NCBI GenBank assembly: GCA_038087875.1
Contig: CM075991.1
Coordinates: 5,208,001 to 5,272,000 of the forward strand
From: Malacoraja senta
Taxonomy: Eukaryota
Length of the DNA stretch: 64,000 nucleotides
Reading direction: 5' to 3'
Below the pieces are notes generated by a model. That model searched no databases, was not told the DNA's origin, and was given only the letters and a program-made list of their open reading frames with translations. The translations under genes were made by a program, and so were the position numbers. Numbering within the stretch: the first letter of the stretch is position 1; every line of letters begins with the position of its first letter. Shown here piece after piece: positions 24,766 to 36,567 of the stretch.

Positions 24766-25759
24766 AGTGGAAAGACAATACATGATTGCAAATCGAGCCA
24801 TCCACAGTGTACATGATAAGGGAATAACTTGAATAACGTTTAGTCTGAGGGTCTCCGATGAGGTAGATAATAGCTCATGACTGCTCTCTAGTTGTTGGTA
24901 GGATGGTTCAGTTGCCTGATAACAGCTGGGAAGAAATTGCCCCTGAACCTGGAGGTGTGCATTTTCAAACTGACACTTTATTATCGACACTTTGAGGTGC
25001 ATGTTTTTGGCTTAAGTTAAATGTCTTACTTGGGCAGGAGGACAGGCTTGGGGACTTGTTTGTACACTTTGAAACACAGCGAAAAAATCAATCATGTACA
25101 ACCATCAAATTAATTAAAACTTTAACACTTTGCGTCATGTCCCCAAGCCGAGAGATCTATAAGCAACATCATCTTCAATGCATAAACACAAAGACAGTTT
25201 ATTAAGGTTTTGGTGTACTCTTTTATTGCCTTGATGAGAGAAGCTGATAATCAAATCAACAGACAGAAAATTTGATTCCATTTGAGTCAACTATTTGGAA
25301 ATTCAGAAGAACCCTAAGACCTTGCCTTTAAACCTGCTGCCTGCTGCTGGTTGCACTGCCTAAAATGAGACTCGTTGGCAGCTTGCTTCTTTTGGCTTAG
25401 TTGACTTGGAGAGCTGCCAAACTCAGCATGACTGGAGTTATTAGATGCAGAAGAAACTTGATGAGCGATGATTAGAAAGAGAGGAGTGATGTTCTGAGTC
25501 AGCATCTTTGCAGTGCATCTGACCGATGAGGTGCAAGTGACTTGCGTTAGTTAGTTGTGAAGTGAGGTTAGTTGGTCTCAACTCACTTCTGTGTGCCTGG
25601 TGCACTTGCGCAATATTGATCCCAGCAGTGAATGGCAGGAACAACATTGATGAGAGAGGCCATTTGATATGCAGTTTTCAAATTGCAAAAATGTCATAGA
25701 GACCAAGTCTCAGATCCTCTAACTAAGAGATAAAAATTTGGAATAGAAAAAAAGTAAAA

Positions 25760-26685
25760 TTGAATGAATTGAATGCTGTTTATTGTCATTCAAGCCTAGG
25801 CTTGAACGAAATTTCATTCCTACAGTTTTGTTTTACATTACAAAAAAAAACACAAGACCCACACTTAACACAGTTTACATAAACATCCATCACAGTGAGT
25901 CTCCAACACCTCCTCACTGTGATGGAAGGCAAGTCTTATCTCTTCCCTTTATTCTTCACCAGCGGTCCAGCAGTCCAACTGCAGCGTCTAGGCGAACTGG
26001 GGCTCCGGTGTTAAAGCCCCCGGCAGACGATGGTAAGTCCCGTGGCCATTCAGCCACGCCGGGCGATGTTAGGCCCCGGCTCCGCGCCCTTCAAACCCCG
26101 CGGTTCAAGCAGTCCAACCCGCAGTCCAACTGCAGTTTCTAGGCGAACTGGGGCTCCGATGTTAGAGCCCCCGGCGGGCGATGGTAAGTCCCGTCCGTGC
26201 CCTTTGAACCTCGCGATTCCAGCGGGAGAAGTTGCCGTTGCTGGAGCTCTGAAAGCCGTCTCCCACCAGGGACCTGGAGCTCCCGATGTTCCTGTTCACC
26301 GGGCCCGCAGCCGGAGCCTCCGAAACTCCAAAATCGGGTCGCAGCCGAGCGCCACCACAGCTCTCCCCGCTCCAAAGTCGGCCAGCTCCGTGATGTCAGG
26401 TCCGCAGGCTCCGCGACTGGAGCCCTCAGGTTGGTCCCGGTCAGAGGCCGCCGCCGGCTCCACAATGTTAGGCCCAACGACATCGGAGATCCGACAGGGG
26501 AAAAGTCGGGTCCCCGTACAGGGAAGAGATTAACGGTTTCCCCAACATCCCACCCTCCACACCCCACATATACACAGCTAAAAAATAATAACAACTAAGC
26601 TCCAGACATACATTTAACAAGACAAAAAATATTTTAAAAAGACGGACGACTGCAGTTGAGCCGCTGCCGTTAGGCGCCGCCACTC
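25760..26685 (-). mobile_element. Non-autonomous GC-rich LINE derivative with internal ~75-bp duplication
   Basis: GACAATAAAC..(ATTCA)n tail; CAGTCCAACTGCAG..GATGGTAAGTCCCGT repeated at ~25970 and ~26122. Confidence 0.6.
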
Positions 26686-27692
26686 CCAAATTATTCCCAT
26701 ATCTACATTTCATCACAAAAACTTGATCCCAACACTCAGTGTTTGATGTTAAAAACTTTCTTTCCCCACTGGTAATATATGCTGATCAATTCCTTTCATG
26801 AAAAAAACAAATGCATGAATAGATCCTTGATTAAAAATAAGTGCTTACTCGGCAAAAAAACCCCAAAGGATTTGCTCATGTGTATCAAATCAATTTAATA
26901 TCGCAAAATGTGATGAATTAGATTTGTAGTGCCATCACTGAAGTATATTCAGTAAAAAGCAGGATTGATGAAGGAATGTTGCTCACTTGGATTTTTAGAA
27001 GGCCTTTGATAAAGTGCCACACGTGAGGCTGCTGAACAAGATAGGAGTCGATGGTATTGGAAGCAAGGGACAGGTATGAAAAGAAGATTGGCTGACTGGC
27101 AGAAGGCAAAGAGTGGGAATAAAGAGTGGCCTTTTCAAGTTGGCTGCCGGTGACTAGTGCTGTTCTGCAGGGGTCGGTGTTAGGTAAACCACTTCACATT
27201 ATATGTTAATGATAGAGATGATGGAATTGATGGCTTTGGGACCAGGTTTGCGGGTGATACGAGGATAGGTGGAGGGGCAGGTAGGGTTGAGGAAACAAGG
27301 AGCCTGCACACGTACTTGGTCAGGTTGGGAGAGTAGGCAAAGAAGTGGCAGATGGATCCGAGCGTAGCAAAGTGTACAATCATGTACTTTGATAGAAGGA
27401 ATAAATGCATAGGCTATTTCTTACATGGGGAGAGGATTCAGAAATCAGAAGTGCAAAGGGACCCAGGAGTGCTGGTGCAGCATTCCCAAAAGGTTGAGTC
27501 GGTAGTTTGGAAGGCAACAGCAATGCTAGTAATGCTGAGGCTTTATAAGGTGCTTGGTCAGACCACATTTAGAATATTGTGAACATCGAGGAAGGAAATG
27601 CTGGCATTGGAGAGGGTCCAGAGGAGGTTTACAAGAATGAACCTGGGAATGATTGGATTAGTGTATGAGGAATGTTTGATGACTCTGGGCCT

Positions 27693-27836
27693 TCATCTTC
27701 TTCTTCTTCCGTATGGTGTGCACAGCCTAAAGTTGTAGGACAACTTGTTCTATTTGATCTTATTTGATTGTGCACACCAGGCTGATTGCATTCGTCGAAA
27801 CAGGGCGGACCACGTGAAGGTTGCAATCTCCCACCC
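27693..27836 (-). mobile_element. ~145-bp SINE-like retroelement with 5' HDV-like ribozyme and (AAG)n tail
   Basis: 11-bp TSD ACTCTGGGCCT at 27682-27692 and 27837-27847; 3' end CCATACGG(AAG)n; second copy at 6530-7099. Confidence 0.85.
27784..27836 (-). ncRNA. Minimal HDV/CPEB3-like self-cleaving ribozyme fold
   Basis: P1 (G)GGGUGG/CCGCCCU, P2 GAUUGCA/UGCAAUC, P3 ACC/GGU, L3 UUCACGU, J1/4 GU, vestigial P4 UUCGA, J4/2 CGAA (putative catalytic C at 27794). Confidence 0.8.
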
Positions 27837-28461
27837 ACTCTGGGCCTGTACTCACTAGAGTGTAGAAGGAAGAGGGGGAATCTCAATGAATCCTGCCCAA
27901 TAATGAAGGGTCTAGATAGAGTGGATGTGGAGAGGATGTTTCCAGTTGTGGGGCAGTCTAGGACCAGAGGGCACAACCTCATAATAAAAGGACGTACCGT
28001 TAGAAAGGAGATGAGGAGGAATTGCTTTAGCCAGTGGATGGTGAAGCTGTGAATTACAATGCCATGGACAGCTGTGGAGGTCGTCATTGGCGCCCTTGAT
28101 TAGTAGGGGCATCAAAGGTTACGGGGAAAGGGCAGGAGAATGGGGTTGAGAGGGAAAAATAGATTAGCCATGATCAAATAGTGGAGCAGACTTGATGGGA
28201 TGATGGTCTAATTCTGTTCCTATGTCTCATGATTTTATGATGTTCAATCAAAATATGGCAGCCAATGTAAGAGCCATCAGATTGCATTTGAGAGAAAGCA
28301 GCAGCTAATTTTCTATGTTCTAGCAATAGAAAAAATAATGATCAGCTTACTAAAGAAGATCTCTTCAAACAGTGCCACAAGACTTTGGTCAACTACATGG
28401 AGAGGACATTCTATGATATAAATCTCCCGGTAGATATAAGAACAATATCTTCATGCTGGCC

Positions 28462-28745
28462 AGTGGTAGAGTTGCTGCCTTTACAGCGCCAAAGACCCGG
28501 GTTTGATCCTGACCATGGGTGCTGTCTGTGTGGAGTTTGTACATTCTCCCCGTGACCAGCGTGGGTTTTCTCCGAGTGCTCCAGTTTCCTCGCACACTCC
28601 AAAGACATACAGGTTTGTTGGCTAATTGTCAAAGGAAAAATTGTAAATTGTCCTTAGTGTGTAGGATAGTGCTAGTGTACGGGGTGATCGCTGGTCAGCA
28701 CGGACTTGGTTGGCTGAAGGGCCTATTTCTGCGTTGTATTTATAA
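28462..28745 (+). mobile_element. HE1-like V-SINE
   Basis: tRNA-like head, V-domain, tail. Confidence 0.75.
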
Positions 28746-28868
28746 ACTTTTAAAAACCTCATATATTGTATAATGAATATGGTGAAAGGCAGGTCATCAT
28801 TAAAGATACAAAATGATGTGACCCATTACACTGATTAATTATCTTAAATCATCACCTTTTATATATAA

Positions 28869-29094
28869 CTAGACCAAGTGGGATCCGTTGGGTCCCTGTC
28901 ACACGGGAGGGCTGGTCCTCGAAAGCAATATTCCACCACTCACCCATAGCCCAGGCGCGGCTGACAGGTCCCTGTTGTGACGCCAGGGATCCCCGTCATT
29001 GGAACTTGTGCTTCGAGGTAACTAGTAGTTAGTGCAGTGAAATAAAAAGAATACCGATAGATGTTTTTTGTTCGGTCAAGACTATAATATAAGA
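28869..29094 (-). mobile_element. Candidate non-autonomous Helitron
   Basis: Minus strand: 5' TCTTATATTATAG, 3' hairpin GGGACCCAACGGATCCC then CTAG|T; no TSD. Confidence 0.4.
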
Positions 29095-30493
29095 GGCAAG
29101 CGTTCTGTAAAAGACAAAATAGCACAGTGATGAAAGAGTTCCTGATAGGCTATTTAAACAGTCCATTTCTCCCGGTGCCTGGCTTCTGAAAGATTATGTA
29201 GCTCCCGGGGTGCAGTGTGCGCCCTCCTTCTTTATAACTCTGCATGAAGGATGTGCATTTGATTACCCTATCCATAACAAATGTAATATTGCTAATATGT
29301 GTTGGTTATAAGTTCAGCTGCCAGGACATGATTAATGATTTGGTATTATTGCATACTGTAGGGAATAATGCAGGATACGTGATGAGATACACAATAGCCT
29401 AAATTGATTTTAAGAGAGATTGAGTGTGAACTGCTGGAACATCAAACCATCAATTATTTTATATATAAGATCCTCAGTGCAAATGCATAATGCACAGAAC
29501 ACAGCCCTATTATATCCTCGTTTGAATCACATGGCTAATTATCTGCTGCTTAATGCAGTGGTAAGTTATTCTGTGTTTCACTACCTCAGGGCATCCTTAA
29601 GTGGTTGACAGTTAGCAACTTTTGAAGTGAAGTCACTCTGGTAATATATAACATTCTACGTCCTCCCGGCAAGATATGTGTTCTCCTTTCAAATAACGCC
29701 ATGACATTCACTATTATCCACTGGAAAGGGTAGACAAGGCCTCGGTTTAATGTCATGAATGGTGGCATCTCTGACAGTGTCGCACACCCTTACTACAACA
29801 AGTTTGGGCGGCACGGTGGCACAGCGGTAGAGTTGCTACCTTACACGCCAGAGTCCTGGGTTCGATCCTGACTACGGGTGCTGTCTGTACATAGTTTGTA
29901 CATCCCCCCCGTGATCATGTGGGTTTTCTCCTCGTGCTCCGGTTTCCTCCCACACTCCAAAGACAAACAGATTTGATTGATAGATAAGTGATGGTCTTAG
30001 CATCATGTTCAGTACAGGAATTGTGGGCCGAAGGACCTATTCTTGTGATGATGGTGATACTTTATCGATGATGACAATCTATTTTGGCAAAAAGAACCAA
30101 AACTATAACAAAAGGCCTAGCCCCATGTAATTTGTTCTCAGTCTCTCTGAAAATCGCTATGGGACAATATATGCATCATAACCCATTGTTTCTCATTCCC
30201 AAAAGCACTATTCACTCCAATAAATTCTTAACATCTTTATTTCAAGATTTATTTTTTAATCACACTATATCTTCAGTGGGATGTGACCATTCTCTGCTTC
30301 TTTGGGCTAAGTAAAGAGTTGCTCTGTTTAGCGAAAGTAGAGAAGTGTTTTTACAGGGTGCTTTGTGTAGATGTGGGGCAGCAACAAGACAGAGCTCCTG
30401 CGTACAAACCTGTGGTGGGTTAATTCCATTCTGTGAAGTTAAACATAGGAACTGATAGACAGTGTTTACCAAATTGTAATTTGAGGCTTTTTT

Positions 30494-32187
30494 ATTTTAT
30501 TTTTTATTTATTATTTATTAGAAGTACATTACATTACAACCACATACATTAGTACTCGTCACTTATGTCTTCTTACAATTAATGTACTCCATTTGTTTTT
30601 TACACTAGTAAAAGGAAAGGATAAGATTGAAAGAAAGAAGAAAGTGAAGGAAAAAGTGAGTGTAGAAAATGTGACAACAAAAAAGGACGAAGACCCTATA
30701 AGAACAAAAGTAAAAACAAAAGAAAAAGAGTTAAGAAATAGACCCTAGAAAAGAAGGAGAAAGAGAAAGAGGAAAAAGAGAGAAACAAATATTTTTTATG
30801 AGCATTACGCAAATGGGACATACCAACTCTTCAACTATCATCCCCCATTACCTGACCTCAATTTTTTTAAGGTACCTTTGCACCCTATATTTGTAATAAT
30901 TCTATAAATGCAGACCATGTCAGGTGGAAGTGATCTGGTTTACCTGCGAGGAGGAATCTTATCTCTTCTAGGTGTAATGTTTCGAACATATTTGAAATCC
31001 ACACGTTTATAGTTGGTATTGGAGCCTTCTTCCAAAATTTTAGGATTAGCTTTTTTCCAGTTATTAACCCATAGTCTATTAGTTTCTTTTGAAACACATT
31101 TAGTTCTGGACCATCTTCCGTTATTCCGAAGATAATCCATTCTGCTTTGGGTATCAGTTTTATTTTAAATAATTTTGTAAAGATTTCGAAAATTTCATTC
31201 GAAAATTTCATTCCAAAATTTTTGAATTTTTGTACAGAAAACAAATGAGTGCGCTATAGTAGCTTCTTGGGATTGACATTTATCACAAATAGATGATACA
31301 TTTGGGAAAATTTTATGAATTTTAGTTTTGGAATAATATAATCTATGTAAAATTTTAAATTGTATTAAAGTGTGTCTTACATTAATCGAACATTTATGCA
31401 CGTTTAATAAGTGTTCATTCCAACTTTCCTTTGAAATTTTAATAGCTAACTCTTGTTCCCAGTCTCTTCTGATACCCTCCGTAGATGGTATTTGTACATT
31501 TAAGATAATATTATACAAATATGATATTAAGTTTGCTGATTCAGCTTTTATCTGCATTGCCTCATCCAATACATCTGCTGGGTTATTACAATGATCTTTT
31601 GTATATTTTTTCAAATAGTCGCATATTTGAAAATATTTAAAATATTGATTATTTCCGAGTTTATATTTTATTTGTAATTGTTGAAATGAAAGTAATTTTC
31701 CAGTTTCATACAAGTCACCGAACGTTTTAATTCCTAGTCTATCCCAATGTGTAAAAGCTTTATCTATAATAGAGGGATTAAACGAAGGGTTATTAACTAT
31801 GGGTAATAGAAGTGATAAATTTCTTAATTTTAAATTTTGTTTTATTTGTTTCCAAATTCGGATTGTACTATGAATAATTGGGTTCTTATTATAATTTATA
31901 TTATTCAGTTTCATTGGAGAGAGGAGGATCGCTCCAATGTTTCCAGAGGAGCAATCCTCTTTCTCCATTACAATCCAGTCAACTTGCTGGGCGGAGTTAT
32001 CCATCAGTTGAATCATATTTTTAATATTTACTGACCAATAATAATACTTAAAATTAGGTAGTGCTAAGCCCCCTAATACTTTAGGTTTATTCAGATGAGT
32101 TTTTTGTATTCTATGTGATTTATAGTCCCATATAAAATTAGTGATATCTGAGTCGAGTTTAAAAAAAAACTTCTTTGGTAAGTAAGT
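30494..32187 (-). mobile_element. L1 (LINE-1) 5'-truncated copy: ORF2 C-terminus, 3'UTR, A-rich tail
   Basis: 15-bp TSD ATTTGAGGCTTTTTT (30479, 32188) at a TTTT/AAAA site; CCHC-type region QFKILHRLYYS..CDKC..H.FVFC..IQKFW; 13-bp tandem duplication at 31188-31213 causes a frameshift. Confidence 0.9.
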
Positions 32188-32784
32188 ATTTGAGGCTTTT
32201 TTAAAAAGAAAATATGCAATTTGAACTAAACTGCTTAAGTGCTAAACATTGCCTGTGCCTGTATGAGTTAATGGTGAAAAAAATAGAATTTGACGATAAT
32301 TATTTATTTTCAGACAATGTGAATTATTCAACTGCAATGGACTGATAGAAGATTAGACCCTGAGTTCTGGAGTAACTCTGTCAGACAACATCTCTGGAGG
32401 ATATCAATAGGTGATGTTTCAGGTCAAGATCCTTCTTCAGATTCATGAAGGGTTCCGAACTGAAACGTCGCCTATCCTATCCATATCCTCCATAGATGCT
32501 AACTGGACCCGTGGAGTTACTCCAGTACTTTGTGGGTTATTTAAAAATAAACCACCATCTGCAGTTTCTTGTATCTAATTGTTACTGGGTCTGTCCCAAT
32601 TTAGTTTGATTGTTAAGTCAAGAATTTTGAGAGTTCTGCATTGTCAGTCTTTTTGATAATTATTTAAATAGTTTGCATTCTTGTCTGTTGTGAGGCAGAT
32701 GGTATCAAAGAAACCAATGGAGGTTTAGGATTTATAGAAACCCTTTAAAAGTCTGCACCCAGTCATAGCATATTCCTGTGTAGG

Positions 32785-33404
32785 AAACATAGAAACATAG
32801 AAAATAGGTGCAGGAGTAGGCCATTCGGCCCTTCGAGCCTGCACCACCATTCAATATGATCATGGCTGATCATCCAACTCAGTATCCTGTACCTGCCTAC
32901 TCTCCATATCCCCTGATCCCTTTAGCCACAAGGGCCACATCTAACTCCCTCTTAAATATAGCCAATGAACTGGCCTCAACTACCTTCTGTGGGAGAGAAT
33001 TCCACAGATTCACCACTCTCTGTGTGAAAAATGTTTTTCTCATCTCGGTCCTAAAGCACTTCTCCCTTATCCTTAAACTGTGACCCCTTGTTCTGGACTT
33101 CCCCAACATCGGGAACAATCTTCCTGCATCTACCCTGTCCAACCCCTTAAGAATTTTGTAAGTTTCTATAAGATTCCCCCTCAATCTTCTAAATTCTAGC
33201 GAGTACAAGCCGAGTCTATCCAGTCTTTCTTCATATGAAAGTCCTGCCATCCCAGGAATCAGTCTGGTGAACCTTCTCTGTACTCCCTCTATGGCAAGAA
33301 TGTCTTTCCTCAGATTAGGAGACCAAAACTGTACGCAATACTCCAGGTGTGGTCTCACCAAGGCCCTGTACAACTGCAGTAGACCCTCCCTGCTCCTATA
33401 CTCA
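32785..33404 (-). mobile_element. Young CR1/HER1 LINE 3' end
   Basis: LYRALVRPHLEYCVQFWSP..VQRRFTRLIPGM..RTRGHSL; (TTTCTATG)n tail. Confidence 0.9.
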
Positions 33405-35912
33405 AAGGAACTGCAGATGCTGGTTTATACCGTAGATAGATACAAAATGCTGGAGTTACTCAGCGGATCAGGCAGCATCTCTGGAGAAAAAGTCTGAAGG
33501 GTTCCGATCCGAAACGCCCCCTATTCTTTTCCTCCAGAGATGCTGCGTGACCCGCTGAGTTACCCCATCATATGTGTCTATCATATTCTTGCTTGTCACC
33601 ACCTGGTAATAACTGATTCCTATTGCATTTAAGACTTGGGAGGACTTCTATGATAAAATAATCAGCACGACAATGGTGGTGTTGGTACACACACTTATTG
33701 ATGAGTTCAGGGCAACATTGGCTCATCTGCTGTGGCTATTGTGCCTTCATTTTTGACAGGAGTATTCAGTAAAATCGAGTTAGCTGCCACTCCTGCAAAG
33801 TAGCTGCACTTGATGTAATGAGATCATACAAGAAAGTGGTGCGGACACATCAGTGAGAGGTCATTAATTATGGCTGATTTTAAAATAACTTCCGACTCTT
33901 TTGAGAAAAAAATATATACAGTGGCGCTATTGCAGAAAGATGAACTGGTGAAGTATCTGGAAGCATTTAATGGTTCCAAGTCCCACATAGATTATAATTA
34001 AACATCTACAAATCTGAAGAGACTATGATTGCCCCAGCACTTATCTACAGTAGCCAGCAGGGTGGTAATCATACACCTCGCTATGACTTTATGAATAATG
34101 TTCATGAATTACATTGTACTAAATATCTGGAAGGCAGAAGATTAATCACCAATAGCCCTGGAAAAGATGTTCAGCTATTATTTGTATTGTGAAATTTGAA
34201 GTTTGATTCAGAAAGGTGCTGCTCCACAATATTATTTCATGTCTTTTAAACGGGCTTTACAACAACAACAAAAACTGATGAAAGCAAATCTTTCAGTGCT
34301 TGACTGAGACCTGTTTGCAATTCATTACTCTGAGGAGATGGGTCCGAGTAATGCCTTGTGGAGCTTGTACATGTGTTGATCTTTTTCTCAGTAAAATCAG
34401 CCCATGTTAAACAAGCAGTGGAGTAAGTTTCATCTCCGCACGGTTGGCTGGGTCTCAGTGTGCCCTGGCTGCGTCTTGTGGGCCGAGGCATTGTGTTGGA
34501 GAATCCTTAAAGCCCGTCAGCAACAGTGAATGTGCCAGATTTGACAGGGACATATTGAATTTGGTGCCTCATTAGCTGAGGAGAGACCCAGATGCGCGGT
34601 GACTTTACCTTCAAAGGGCCGCGGGACGATTGGATTAAGCCTTGCGCGTTGCAAAACGTGGCACTGGCTCGAACAGATGGCTGATGTGTCTAACGAGCTT
34701 CCTCTGAGGACCGAACAAAGCAGAGCGCCGGCCTTCACTTTAACCTTCGATATGGGTCTTGCTCCTAAATTATGGCATGTACATTTTAAAATAGGGCTGC
34801 ACAGCAGGAGCTTCTTAAGCTTGCAGTGTTTTGCTCCTGGTCTTGGCCCAGGCAGTGCTTAATACCTTTATCAGCCTTTTATGTACATTGGATATCAGAT
34901 ATAAGTTGTACGTTCGTAGCAAATAGTGAAGACATGAACCAGATAGGGCTAAGCCCTCCATGTACCACTTGTGTTGAATACAGCGGAGCCATCCATATCT
35001 TGTATTTGATGAAGGGCGTCTGAAGAGGGGTCCCGACCCGAAGCATCACCTATCCATGTCCTCCAGGGATGCTGTGTTACTCCAGCATTTTGTGTCTATC
35101 TTCAGTGTAAATCAGCATCTGCTGTTCTGCCTGGATAATGGAGTATTAACTACAAGGCGAGGATAGAAAAACTTGGATTGTTTTCTCTGGAATGTCAAAG
35201 GGACACCTGATAGAAGTATATATCATTAGGAGAGGCGTAGATAGGAGAGACAGTCACAACCTTTTTCCTCGGGTGGAAATGTCAAAGACTAGAGGTCATA
35301 GCTTCAATGAAAGCTTAAAGTTCACCTTAAAACATTTAAAAAGAAGATGTGTGGGGCAAGTTTTTCTTTTACAGAGGTCGGTGCGTGCCTGGAATGCACT
35401 GCCGGGGCTAATGGTGTAAACAGATACCGTAGCCCCATTTCAGAAGCTTTTAGATTGGCACATTGATATGTCAGGAATGGAGGGATATGGATGATGAACA
35501 GGTAGACGTGATTCGTTTATTTTGACATCATAATCTGCACAGATATTGTGGGCTTATGGGCCCATTCCTGTGCTGTACTGATCTATTTTCTGTTCTTTTC
35601 AATGCTTGAAACCATGTGTTTCCATTTTCAGGGATTTTCAAGTGCAGGGCAATTTATTTTACACAGAGGGTGCCGAGAACCAGGGGTAGTGGCAGAGACA
35701 GATATGATAGTAGCATTTAAGAAGCTTTTAGGTACATGGATGGTTCAATACTTTGTACTTTATATGTTACATGTACCGAGGTCAGTGAAAGTCATTCTTG
35801 TGTATAGTCCAGTACGTAACACTATACATAAGCACTTAGATACATCTTAGAGAAACATCTCAGGTGCAGTACAAGTGCGTAGTTGTAGTACATGCAGTCA
35901 GTATACAGAGTC

Positions 35913-36123
35913 TGTAGGAAAGAACTGCAGATGCCAGTTTAAATCGAAGATGGACACAAAATGCTGGAGTAACTCAGCGGGACAGGCAGCATCTCTGGAG
36001 AAGAATGGGTGATGTTTCGGGTCGAGACCCTTCTTCAGACTCTCGACCCGAGAAGTCACCCATTCCTTTCCGCCAGCGATGCTGCCTGTCCCGCTGAGTT
36101 ACTCCAGCATTTTGTGTCCATCT
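35913..36123. mobile_element. Fold-back Penelope-terminus element
   Basis: 48-bp perfect inverted arms around a hammerhead motif; 15-bp TSD TCAGTATACAG(A/T)GTC at 35898 and 36124. Confidence 0.8.
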
Positions 36124-36147
36124 TCAGTATACAGTGTCGCCAGAATT

Positions 36148-36567
36148 TTTTTTTTTTTTAAATTAAAAGCATATGTACAAATGATAATAAACGACAAACT
36201 GGTTACAGAGTTCTTACAGAGCTCCAATTTTTAAAGTTTTTTTTTAAAGAAAAGAAATAGAAAAAGAAAGAAATAAGAGAAACTATAAACTAATAGAAAG
36301 AGAAAAAGCAAGAAGGAAAGGAGATTACAAATGTAAAGATTGTGGAGATAGATCCGGGAGATGTTGAGTATAGTTGTTCTTCCAACCCTAAACTCAAGTT
36401 GTGACTTTAATTTTGTGTTAAACCAGTTTACTTTTTTTTTAATTCAATAAATGGAGACCATATTTTAAAAAATAGTTCTGGTTTGTCAATTAAGACAAAT
36501 TTTATTTTTTCCAAATGCAAGCTCTCGGTCATTTCCGTAATCCACATTTTAATTCTGTTTTTTTCCA
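36148..36567 (-). mobile_element. L1 3' end fragment
   Basis: Poly-T on plus; TSD GTCGCCAGAATT at 36136 and 36571. Confidence 0.7.

Larger units (their letters stand above)
26955..28240 (+). mobile_element. Degenerate CR1/HER1 LINE RT region
   Basis: YLDF.KAFDKVPH-like, FAGDTRIGG, LGLYSLE.RR.RG, QSRTRGHNL motifs with many lesions. Confidence 0.8.

Noticed and set aside
29805..29880. tRNA gene-like A/B boxes (here and in other SINE heads)
   Set aside because: They continue into the V-SINE body and lack a full cloverleaf; these are SINE heads, not tRNA genes.
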